DNA of 64,000 bases, from NCBI RefSeq assembly GCF_964204645.1, contig NC_134025.1, positions 27,384,299-27,448,298 on the forward strand, in the 5' to 3' direction. This document shows, in pieces, positions 22,952-34,800 of the stretch (position 1 is its first letter; each line of letters starts with the position of its first letter). Under the pieces are notes generated by a model. That model was given only the letters and a program-made list of their open reading frames with translations. It was not told the DNA's origin and searched no databases. Source of the DNA: Tubulanus polymorphus (Eukaryota; Animalia; Nemertea). The translations under genes and the position numbers were made by a program.

Positions 22952-24748
22952 ATGTCAGGCCGTCATATACAAAACCTTAAGGAGTTTGGTAAGGTTATAT
23001 TTTTCTCGGTACATTTATTTTAATTCATTGGATTATGAAAATAACAACAACGACCCTACTACGGGATCGCCTTTATCGGAACGCGGAAGTGATATGAAAG
23101 TGTTGTTGTGGAATAGAGTATATGAAAAAACTTAAATGTGAGCAAAAATATCTATGTGTGGATTCACATATAAAGGCTCAGACCAGTCATCAAGTCATTA
23201 CACTTGAGAACCTGCCCTTTCATTTTCTCCTGCTCTCGGACGAGTCTCAGACCAGTGTCAACTACAACAGCCTGTGCCCGTCGCGTGCGGTGTACCATCT
23301 GACCATGTCCATGTTGAGTTGATATTGATAAGAAAAATGGTAGAGATAGCTGTAATGTTAGGTTGAATTGGTCTCTTACCATGTCCGAATTCTCTAGACT
23401 GTGGGTTGTTGGGTCAATCAGGGCAGATACACTACCCATTCCGGAGGCTGGTTTTTAATTGGGAGCAACTGCACTTGCCTTTGATAGACAGACATGATAG
23501 ACTGACCGTACCCGTAATTACACTATCACTTAAAAGTGGAAAGGTAACCTAAACTGCAGTTAACAGTTAGACCACCCTGCTGATTCTCTGAAAGATTGAA
23601 TTTTGATAGACTGATATTAATTTACAATATTCTTACCCAAAATATTGATGATTCAGAGAGAGTGTACATGATAAGAATTTCATTAGGAAAATGAGTTCTT
23701 ACAGACGCGTTATGAGTTAGTGAGGATGTTTTAATCCCCATGATACATTAATAGGTTTGTTAAATTTCAGACCCTTTTGCTGATGTCCAAGGTGGGTCTA
23801 CACTTACTGATGAGGGTATCGTGCACGTAAGAATCCAACAGAGGAACGGTCGTAAGACTCTTACAACTGTTCAAGGTTTGCATGAAAAATTTGATAAGAA
23901 GCTTATTGCAAAATATTGCAAAAAGGTAAGAAAAGTGCCAAATCATTGAATGCAGGGTCTGATCTAAGCACTTGTCCGATTGCCCGGAACAAGTTTACTC
24001 TCATCAGGGCAAGTAGGTTATCATTATCACTTGTCCCCCGGGCTAGTGCAATTTTATGTCTCAAAGCTTTTTTCCCACTCGATACTATACATGATAGTGC
24101 CACCAATCGGACTGCCTGTGTAGGGCGAAATTTCAGATGCTTGCCCTCCGGGCAAGTGGCTTTCATCCCTTAGATTGGACCCTGTGAATGGTATGAAATT
24201 CAACTTGGTTCTAAACTGATTCCTAATTTGAAATTTATTTATTTCTATTAGCACTTCGCTTGTAACGGTACTGTGGTAGAACATCCGGAGTATGGTGAGG
24301 TAATTCAACTTCAAGGAGATCAGCGCGATGCTTTTGTCGAATTTTTGAAATCTACAGGAATGGCCAAGCCTGAAGCGATTAAGGTATTGATCAGTGCAGA
24401 TGATATGTTCAATGAAATGAGTTTGGATGTCGTACTATTCAATACTGACGGTAGATCATTGGAAGTTGGAACTTTGGGTGTGATAATGTGTCCCAACTCG
24501 TGACATTCGAGTTGGGCATTATATTATTGATATGGTCTGAAATAAGTTTAGAACAAAATCTGATATTATGCGTGTTAGTTCGTTTGGACCAGGCTTGTAC
24601 GGAGTCTATTCGGCGTGAATTGTTGTCCCTAGAAATAATTAGTGCAAAGAGAAGATTTGATCTGATTTTGGTGCTTCAATGTTGCAAAAATGCCTTTAAT
24701 TGTGATCTAATCATGATCTCTATATTTGTATAGGTACATGGTTTTTAA
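22952..24748 (+). CDS. EIF1: Translation initiation factor eIF1 (SUI1), 112 aa
   Basis: Exons 22952-22988, 23771-23925, 24252-24383, 24734-24748 give MSGRHIQNLKEFDPFAD...HVRIQQRNGRKTLTTVQG...FACNGTVVEHPEYGEVIQLQGDQR...KVHGF*. Confidence 0.97.
23150..23500 (+). ncRNA. Unassigned structured RNA candidate in EIF1 intron 1
   Basis: At least six mutually compatible nested helices found by eye (see findings); followed by ACA+3 nt at 23492-23497. No family recognised. Confidence 0.4.
23953..24184. mobile_element. MITE in EIF1 intron 2
   Basis: TIRs cagggtctgatctaag / cttagattggaccctg (14/16 match), 6-bp TSD tgaatg at 23947-23952 and 24185-24190, internal cacttg(t/c)cc / gggcaag repeats. Confidence 0.8.
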
Positions 24749-27059
24749 GGAGTTATTGACTCTGCTGCTGAGGAATCAATCAACATGGGAATGCTGCGAA
24801 AACTCCACACACACACACACAAAATGCAAATATTGGCTAGTTGACCCACGTGATCCTCTAAACGACAAAATGTATTTATTATCAATCGATGTATTCGTAC
24901 GCGTCATCAACCTTGGACTAAAAACTGTTTTTATTATAGCATGAACGGTTGTCGTGTTTTCTAAATTTGTATATATGATAAAAGAAGTTGAATTCATGAC
25001 AAGTAAACAAACTAATGTATTCTCGATATTGTTATGTATTAATTTCCAAGTTGCTGGTTACTAGGGCATTTATTACATTACACCGCTACTTGTGTTTATA
25101 GCTGGTGAAAATTTGGATAAGGCGCCTATAGATTTTGACAACATCTTTTAGTGTGGAAGGACGTTTAGTTGAATTGTGTTTGTATCAATGTGTTGTGGTG
25201 TCAGTGACTTGCGGTTTTTTCGGTCAAATTATCATAAAATTTCGGAAAGGGTTGACTGAATGTAAGGAAGTGCCTGTCTCTACTAAAGTCATCTAGCTTA
25301 TCAAGATTAATTAATTTACACAATTGCTAAATAAGAGCTTATTAGATATAGCACCATTCAATCAATTAATTGGCAGTCTGAACCCACACCTCACCAACTT
25401 CATATTTCAATTTTTGAGCATCCAGGCTTCGTAGAATAAATGCTGAATAGCCTAATGGGTGTGGCTCCAAACTTGATTGATACTCATTACATCTTAAACT
25501 TTTAATATCAACTGTTCTAATTCCAGTACAGAGAAACCTAGGAAAATATTTCGTTCATTAATACAGTGATGGCTGATTATGTAATTAAGTCGCCTGTAAG
25601 TCATGCCGGAGTCCGTCTTAAAAATAAATATCAAATCATCATGCATCTTCATTTTGTAAGCATCAGAAAAAAAGACTGAAATGTGTCCTGTCTCTCTATT
25701 TTGTTATGTAATGGCACCATAGTTGTTTTTATTTTGAGTGAGACAGGAATACTGTTTCTAATGGTGAGTAACTTTGATATTTGGACAATAAAAAAGCGTT
25801 AAAAAAACATTGAATCGTGAGTACCTTTGAATTATTGTTAACATTTGACCCGCAAAGTGATCGACGGAAAGTGCCTCCCTCTATGTTGGTAACGCCACAA
25901 TTTTGGTTAGGCGTATCACAGGGTTACATCTCTGGAAGTGGATAGGATAATGAAGGATTCGTTCGAGTTAGGCAGATATTGACTACAACTACAGTCTGAA
26001 TGGCTGATGTCAAAAGTGAATAAAGGACTTTCCCGATGCTAAAAACCCGATGTAAACAAATGCACGTGTTTACCCAGGGTTACATCATGTATCGGGGTTC
26101 TCACTTCCAGTACACGGAGTCGACGTTACTACGCGTTCCTCTTCCTGAACCGCTTCACTCCCGCGGAAAACACTAAGCTCATCTTACATCGCAAAAAGCA
26201 TGTCTCTTACCCTGAAACTAACGAATTGACAATAATAAATGCAAAAAAGAAGCTAATGTTTTTAAAGATACTCTGCCGAACGATTATATCGAATGTAGAT
26301 TAAATCTATATTTCGTGGCGCAATGTCATACCCTCCATATATGGAGTGATACGCCCATGTGTTGAGAGGCCGGATCACGGATTGTAGGAAGTGTTTGTGA
26401 AAACCCGATTATTCGATTGCTTTCCCTCTTTTCCAACATTTCGTCACTCTCGATACCTTCAACCCGGAGTCAGGTTAAAGGCCTATGCTAAGAATCAACC
26501 GCGACTCATACACATTTTAATCGTAACCAGCTACAAAAAGCCAGAAGAAAAACGGTAGGAATTCGTTCTCCCCCGCCGAGGCCCGACACCACAACACGAC
26601 GACAACATTTTACACTCACATTCATAACACATGCTTCCTCTATGTTACCATTACCCCTTCATACTTAAGGCCTATCACAATATAGCAATATCATTTTATA
26701 GATTTAGTTTAATGAATGCTCAGCTTGATACAAAGGCTGCTGTTGTTATCACTTTCTCACTACCACGTCCACCGTACGTGACTGTGCAATTTCTTCAGCA
26801 CAGGCTGAATGTTTGTAGTAATTAATGTTTTGGGTATGACTGGTGTATTGAGCAAGTAAGCAGATAAGCTAGTGCTATTCATTCCATCACAGATCCTAGT
26901 TAAGCCTCTATAAGTGAATAATGCATCAAAAATGCCTTGGATTTGCAAGGTTAGCCATTAGGAACCTTCTTGTCTTAAGGTGTATCGTGGATAGGGGTCT
27001 GTGTGTATGTTACATTAAAACACGGGATGCCTCGAATCCATGGATCGGGCTTACAAAAC

Positions 27060-28090
27060 TCGGTTGTATCCAAGGCGGCCAAAGTGCCCTGGCCCTCCTA
27101 TTTTTTGCCAAGATAACATATTCACAACCTGGCTGAAGACAGTTATGTATACATTAGCTAATGCTTGCCAGTCATCTTGTTCTAGTAGAATTACTAGTTG
27201 TTCAGAAAATGATCACAATTTTTTCTAAATTTTCTTGGGGAGGACCTTCAAACCCCCCCATACAGTTTCTTGGGGGACTGCCGAATGCCCCATAAGAGGC
27301 TTTACACCTGTGGTGCTGTAGTCATGTACCAAGTACATATAACTAGGCGTTGGATGTTTTGGGATCCCCTGTTCAAAATGTCTGGATTCCCCGCAATACA
27401 AAGTCATGTAGTTCGCAAATTGCAAAATGCAAAATGAACGGTAGTGCCATCTTTTGTTATGTTGATCAAATATGATCTACTGCCAGCCGGCCTGTAGTGT
27501 GCGGAATATGCAGGTGGACTTGTTCTTGAATTGGCTGGAACTGAAAGGGGGGTTTAGGGCTGTCCCTCAAGGAAATTTAACGCTCAGATATGGCCTCAAA
27601 GGTCTTAGTAAATGAACAAATTTGATATATCGAGCCTATGTTGTAATAATGTAAGTGTAACGTTACGAAAATTTCCTTGAAAATGAGAGGAATAGGCCTA
27701 TGCCAGATGTAGATGAAATTTCGGAATCAAGAACCTGATCCTATAGCATAGTGAGTGGTCAGTCTATGATGACTGTTGTCTTAGGATAGAGATAGACAAA
27801 TTAATACGCATCTGGCCTAAAATGTGTAATTTTATTGACAAACCCTAACTATCCGTAAGCCCTATCCATGGATATGGGGAGCAGAACATTTTCACTAGAA
27901 GCTCTGTACGCCATATATGGCCGGGGGATCTGTTGATAGTGATAAAAAACTGTTAGGCCTTTCTTTGGCCACTGAAGGGAGGTTCTGATGTCCTGAACAC
28001 CCTCTCTAACCACCCCTGGAACATCATCCCTCCTGTTCTGGCATTGACCCTCTCAGACACTCATCTTTTCAAGTATTACCGCCCCTGTGA
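27060..28090. mobile_element. Degraded non-autonomous DNA-transposon fragments
   Basis: GC-rich patches ending in ...cccctg (for example near 28018 and 28087) in AT-rich intergenic/intronic DNA. No intact TIR/TSD pair was resolved. Confidence 0.3.
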
Positions 28091-28836
28091 TAGCAACCAC
28101 GGTCTCGTCGTCATTTGGTTGTGTTACTGTTAGAAATAGGGCTAGCTTATAGTTCTTGGTTGTTTTGTTAAACGATATGATCCACTGAATTTAAACCACA
28201 TCCTACTACTGGCCTTATCGCAGTATAGGCTTAGAATCTTTTGAGTGACATTTGCAGCAACCGCCTTTTATCCGACCTTCACTGTAAATTGAGTTGCTGT
28301 TCAATTGACTCTCAACAATGAGCATTCAACGCTGTTGATTCATCATAAATGTTAATGCTTTTAAGTTGATCTACCTTCAAGTACCTACTAATAAGAAGCA
28401 GTTGACGTGATGTTTGCGAAGGAACTCGTACATCAAATTGATTGAAATTACTTTGGTATAACGCTAACAGATCTTTTCACAATGGTGGTCCAAAAAAATT
28501 AATCGGTGTAAACTGTAGATGAATTATGTTTATGTTTAGTTATACCTCCGCATGATCAGTCCAGAAATTCGGTGATTGAAGTAGAAGGATTCATCAGGTT
28601 TCCTTTTACTTCACCATTGCATTGATCAATAGGCCTATCATGTATTTGATATAACAATCAATATTTTAGTGAATAGATTTTCTAGACCCCTGAAGTCGGT
28701 TGTAATGAGGTTTAGAATATGACATGGAATGACAACAAGTGGGCTAACAAAGCTCGTGTGTCAGTAATGTGACTAGAATTTTCATCTTTTATATTGCAGG
28801 ATCAAAGACTTGGACGTGACGTACTCAGTGACCCTA

Positions 28837-31800
28837 ATGACTTCTGACTACGGAAACACAGGGGGCGCTGAGCTACATTTAGTACAACCTGGCAGCTTAC
28901 AGCCTGGTGGCTCTGATATCCATCTAATCCATCAACTAAATGTAAGTTTGAATCTTTAGATACGTTGAAGAAAAATTGTCGATATGAAAAAAAAAACTAC
29001 TTGAGTATTTGACGTTCCGACTCAATTCTGTGAGCTATTTTCGAAACTTTAGGTTGCATCAGGCGAATCATATAAATTATACTATCCATCAAACTGAATT
29101 TTTGGTTTTAGAACGTTTAAAACCAATTAATTTGGTGTGATGGATAAGTCTTGAAAGAGGTTGAATTAATTATATTGTCATACACAGGTATTAATTGTGA
29201 ACCCCTCCCTACAAAAATTAATTCAGTTAAACAAGGAAGAGTGACTGACTGCATTGTATGTCATTGATGGCGGAAGTGCTGGCTTTCATTTTATTGATCT
29301 TATCATTAAAAAGCTGAATCAGTGTTTTGCGTCGTGTCGCTGTTTTCTATATCGATGTTTACCTATGGTGTAAAAAGGCACATGCGTATCTCGACGCGAG
29401 TTACAAGTCTGGTTCCTGAACGTGTTAATGAAACTTGCGTTTCCTTGAGTTATAGTACCTGTGCATTAATTTCTGCTTGGTTTCCATAGTAACCAGATTT
29501 CAAATAAGAGACGACACATGGCTTTCAGTTGAGCGAACGTGATATGAGGAGCTAGCTTTATACGCTGTTGTGTGTGTGTGTGTGTTCGCGGCGCGCGTTG
29601 TCGGCTGTATTTATGCTTTGCCTAGCGTCGGGTTCAGGAAATTCGAGCGTAGCGTTTAGAATTTATTTTCGTTTTTCGAAAAGCGTTTCTCACTTTGCGC
29701 GTCGACGTCGTTTATTTTCGACGACGAGAATTGAATCGATATCGCCGCAAATGACTCGAAACTTCATAAGCTATTCTAGAGGGCGTACTTATTGTGCTAA
29801 TAATTTATGTGATGGATAAATTACATTCGCGAGTTAGATACTAGAAAGACGTCACTTGTGTGCATTGGCATTGATTCAAAATGTCTTCGGCTTCGCGGCT
29901 GTTCTGAGGCTACTTGGACCAGAATGATTGACTTACTGGTTTATGCGGCTGATCACCGGAATACAGTCTTAATGAATTCTATATTTTGATGTAAGCTTCT
30001 CCTCTGGTCAAATCTCCGCAATTTTGGTTTGTCGACTCTGAAACCATATTGCCACTGATGAATCCGGGGGATGTGTATGTTTTTTCCTCTAATTCGTATG
30101 TTGTCTGTGTGAGAAGAAGCAACAATGGAAAGCAGGTATGCACATTATCGTGTGTAAAGTTGTTTCTCTATCCTGTGAAACCCTATTCACCTATTCTAAT
30201 TAATTGAAAACCTCGGTTTCATCTATACATCTCCCCGATACGAAACCCGCAACTTTTTTCAACCATTTTTTCATACCATATGGTAGCGTCGTACCATCGA
30301 CGTGACGCATGTTTTCGGTTATTGTGTCACTATATCGTGTAATTCGAATGTAAATTGTGATGAGATTATCTCCTGATGAGATTTCGAGTTCAAAATCATC
30401 CCATTCATGAACGTTAAAAGTCGTTATAAGGTATATAATTCAGTTCGGTCTCGCGGGTCTGGTCTTAATTGATGAAAAATCGATTTAATCCGTGCGACAT
30501 CACGGTTGGCCGGACCTTTTTCAGTCGGGGGTATTTGATCGGGCAGTAAAACTTACTGTGGATTCATATTATACCCGAATAATGACGTGTACTCATGCGT
30601 GCTTAGTTACAAATACACAGCTGTTATCTGCAGACATTGACACAGACAGGACAGTACAGTCACATGTGTATATTAAGCCAGTATACAGCAGTGCTGGTTC
30701 TTGCCGTAAATTACTTGTAGATCATTCGGGCTCACGTGGCACTGGAGGATTTATACTGGAAATATGGTCTTTACCAATCACATGTTCAGTTATTCACATT
30801 TTCACCATAATTGGAATCAGGTATATTGAAAAATTTTCTTACAGTTTAAGTTTAGATATAGTGCATTACTGGTAATTTTCGTGTTGAATATGGACCTTAG
30901 ATGATATTTGCAATATGCTGATGACTATCAATCTAACGTATGGTATTGTTAGACTAATAGGATGCACTATTTATTATGATGTAATATTCGAATACCCATC
31001 GAATAGTCATTATCCTTCACTAGTCTGAGGTGGGGTTATGGCAATAAATGTACCAATTGTCACATTTGATCTGAATATTGTCGTGTCATTGCAATCTGTC
31101 CTTTCATCAGTCACGTTATATTTCAATTTAGAAAATCTGATACAACCTAGTTCGAATCAAATTCAAACTTCTACTTTATAACGTACCTTGTAGATTATAG
31201 AATTTAGTTCTAAATTTAGCGCAATTTCTCGGGATAAGGGTTGTCAAGCTGTGGGTTGATTTTTCTGCCGATTGATGTTCATACACTTATTATCATATAT
31301 TATGACGTCTCTTTTTGAACTTTGACCTTATCATTCAAATTTTAACTCGTCTTGCTGTGGAATTGGACGCCTAGAGATGTGTACATAAGAGTCTAGTTGA
31401 AATTGAATATGATTTCATTTTGTAGAAAGGTCAAATTTATTTCCTGCATAAATCGTTGTAATAAGTCATTGAAATCTATTCACGGATGATTATGTTATCA
31501 TGTTCGTCGATAAAGTAGGGTAGATTTTTTCCTGAAATGTCAATTCGACATTCAGACTATTGAGAGTCTATAGAATTAGTAAATGCTCTGGCCTAGTTGC
31601 GTTGTATGTATGGCTATGTATTATAATCCCTCTAGTGTAGAATATTTAAACTACAGTGCAGGTCTGTCTGCCTGCATGCCGTACGGGAGAATGTGTAAGA
31701 GGTGTGAAGGTCAGGGATAGTTTATCTGTAATGTTACGGTATGAAATATAGATAATGAACTGAGGTCAGTTCGGCTATAATGGCGAAATGGTGGCGCAAG

Positions 31801-34800
31801 AAACTACCTTTTGGATTATATTACATGGGGCCAGTTTTTGTCGTAAGTATAAAAAGTATTGGTGATCAAACGAGAGGAGACATTTTGTAGGTTGTTGTTG
31901 GATCTATTTTCTGCACACTGTTCGGTAATATGATACTCCCCCTTCATTTATCGTGAAGAGAAAGCTTTTAGCCACTGGTGATACTCTGTCAATGCTTGTG
32001 ACAGCCGAGATGAGCATAGAATCGCTAAAGATTGAAATTCCTGAAGTTATCTTTTCATTACATGTGTTACATGTTTGCTTAGGAGGCGTTTATCGTGAGA
32101 ACTTGTTTTCAGTATAGTGAAGATATGAACACGCGTGCGCCCGCGCATATACTAGTAATATCTCTCCTCAGCATTTATCCTGTATAAAAAATTTAAATAA
32201 AACGTTTAAAGAATGTTTGCCCCTGTCAGGAGCCAGAATTGGGTCGATGAATTTTCAGACTTGTAGCATTATCACAGTTCTACTTTCTAAATATTTTGTC
32301 GATGAACTATAAAAAATCATGCACAACTTATGTCAAGTATTTTTTAATGTTTCGATTTTTTCTTTGTCATTATTACAGGTTACTCCTAAAAGCCATGGTC
32401 TTAACCCGAATGCCAACATTTTCCAGAGTAAGTCCCCACCTGGCCAGTGGATGGAAGCAGAAGCACCTCTGGTATCACCAACACATTCAGAAGGTACTAT
32501 ATTTCAATATTTTGTATTCGTAAAGAAAACTCCTAATCCAAACAGTTTGAAGGTAACCGGAATGATTATCTGACTTCAGGTTACAATCACATGAACGGGG
32601 ATATTTCTACATCAGCAGCAGAAACGATGCCCCCTACTGCCAAGACCGATTACCAGTCTATTAACGGTGCCAATGTAAATGATCTCAAAATTGAAACACT
32701 CCCTGCATCAACGTCTATTCAAAACACGGGTAATTAAGAGTGAACTTAACATATTTCATAGATGATATTCGGCTGTACGAACAAAAATTGTTGACACTTT
32801 TTATAATGTATTAGTATGAACCTGTGTGAATGCAATCTCCAAGTTATCAATGTAGTTACTTACACCTTACTCAATATACACCCTTACCATAATATAATAA
32901 TGTACATGAGCTTATATCATGACTATAAGCGAATATTTGCTTGTCAATAGCTAATCATATTATTATGATTTATTAATTGTGTCTACTTATTTCTGTACTA
33001 ATTAGCTTTAAGTTATATTTGTTTTACTAATACAATAAACAGTCGGTCATTGTATGTAGTAGTAGTAGTGATAGTGATCCTGTGTATTGTATGATCGTGT
33101 TCATTAATCTCTTAGGTAGTCGTGTTCCAGCATGATATTTATTTGTTTCGTGTGTTTCTCTTTTTTTGCATGATGTTCTCAATAGTTCTCATGACGACTA
33201 GCTTTACCCACGTCAATGTCCACAGTCCATCCTTTATAGATGATGGTGGTAACCATAGTAACAGCAGTAACTACGAAGGCAGCAACAATGTACCTGAAGA
33301 TCAACTCAAACAAATGCTGAAAGAACAGTTAGAATATTATTTTTCAAGGTGAGAAGATACTTGGTCTTGGGTTCTGAAATATAGCATATATGTTTTAAGT
33401 TCTGAGACAGTGATGATTTGATTAGGGTAAGAAATTGGAAATACCTTCATCAGACAAGCTAAAAGTTGAATAGTTTCCCATTATAGGGGGGTCACACCAG
33501 GAACCTCTCTCCTGTCAAGGTTAACAGTATATGAACCGAACAGTATATTTCAAATTGTAAAAATGCTCTTACTATTAGTCCTGTCCTCTTTAAGTTTTGA
33601 TTTTCTCCAATCCTCTGTTAATATATTTATGGTGTTTTCAATGTTTTTCAGGGATAACTTAGCTAGTGATTCTTATCTAGTCTCTCAGATGGATGCTGAT
33701 CAGTATGTACCAATTGTCACCATAGCAAGTTTTAATATGGTCAAAAAACTTACATCTGATTTGGATCTTATAATCAACGTACTCAGAGGTATGTCCATTA
33801 TTTCTAAAAGAAGATCAAACGGTCGCTTATAGAATCATGTGTGCGTCATCGTTTCAAAAATAGAATGAAAATGTCGAGTTGACTGAGAACTATTACTAAG
33901 AATAATTTATCGTGTGACTGTATTATATGATGACATGTTTGTCTGGTGTTTTGGACGTCGCCATTCTCAGCTGCGAACTGTTTCCTTGGTAACACAATAA
34001 GGGGAATGCGGAGAAACGATGTTATCTCCCTGGAAATTAGCGGCAGTGTTTATTCATGTAATCTTTCATCCAAACGAAGATACCCACTTACTTATTTATA
34101 TTAAAAAAAACGATGGACTCAGACGAGAATGATCGAAATTCTGTGAAGATTACGTTTAAAAAAACAAAACAAAAAACGTAATTTTGATGATTAGATTAAT
34201 TTACTCTTTCAGAATCTTCCAACGTACAAGTAGATGAACGTGGGGAGAAGGTTCGTCCCCTACATAAAAGGTGTATTGTGATACTAAGGGAAATTCCAGA
34301 ATCAACTCCAATCGAGGTATAGTAATAAATAGCCAATGAGGCTAGTAATTCTAGCACTTTAAAGGTCCACATATTTCTCTATTCTGTGCTTCATTAGATT
34401 TTTGAATGGTCTTGGAAGGGGTACATTTTTGGAGAAAAACTCCTCAAGCGAGATCAAACAAACAAACAGGTTCTCATTTATGTATCATTCATTGACATAA
34501 GAATTGGATATTCCCATTGCCTAGGCGGCTCTGATCAGCCATTATAGGCATACTGCGTATTTTCTTCCACTTTGTGGTGTTTTATTTAATTTTTGAAAAT
34601 GATGATAGTTTTCAAGGTTTCCGACATGTGAGAGACAACTAACCTTTGATCAGTTGTCTAGTAATGACCTTGGCATTATGCTCAGACTGCAGTGACACCT
34701 GTTGTGCACTACTTTGTTCCAATTGCCATTCATAATGTCTGACTGTGAACGCCTCTGAAAGCCTACTTAGTGTGCCATCTATCAGACACATTAAGTATTA

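Noticed and set aside
23150-23500. RNase P/MRP or telomerase RNA identity for the EIF1 intron structure
   Set aside because: A weak agucuc/gaggcu pairing resembles P4, but the GAAAG CR-I consensus is missing and no TTAGGG-type template lies within it.
27838-27852. aaccctaac as a telomerase template
   Set aside because: Isolated 9-mer with no pseudoknot or H/ACA domain evident.
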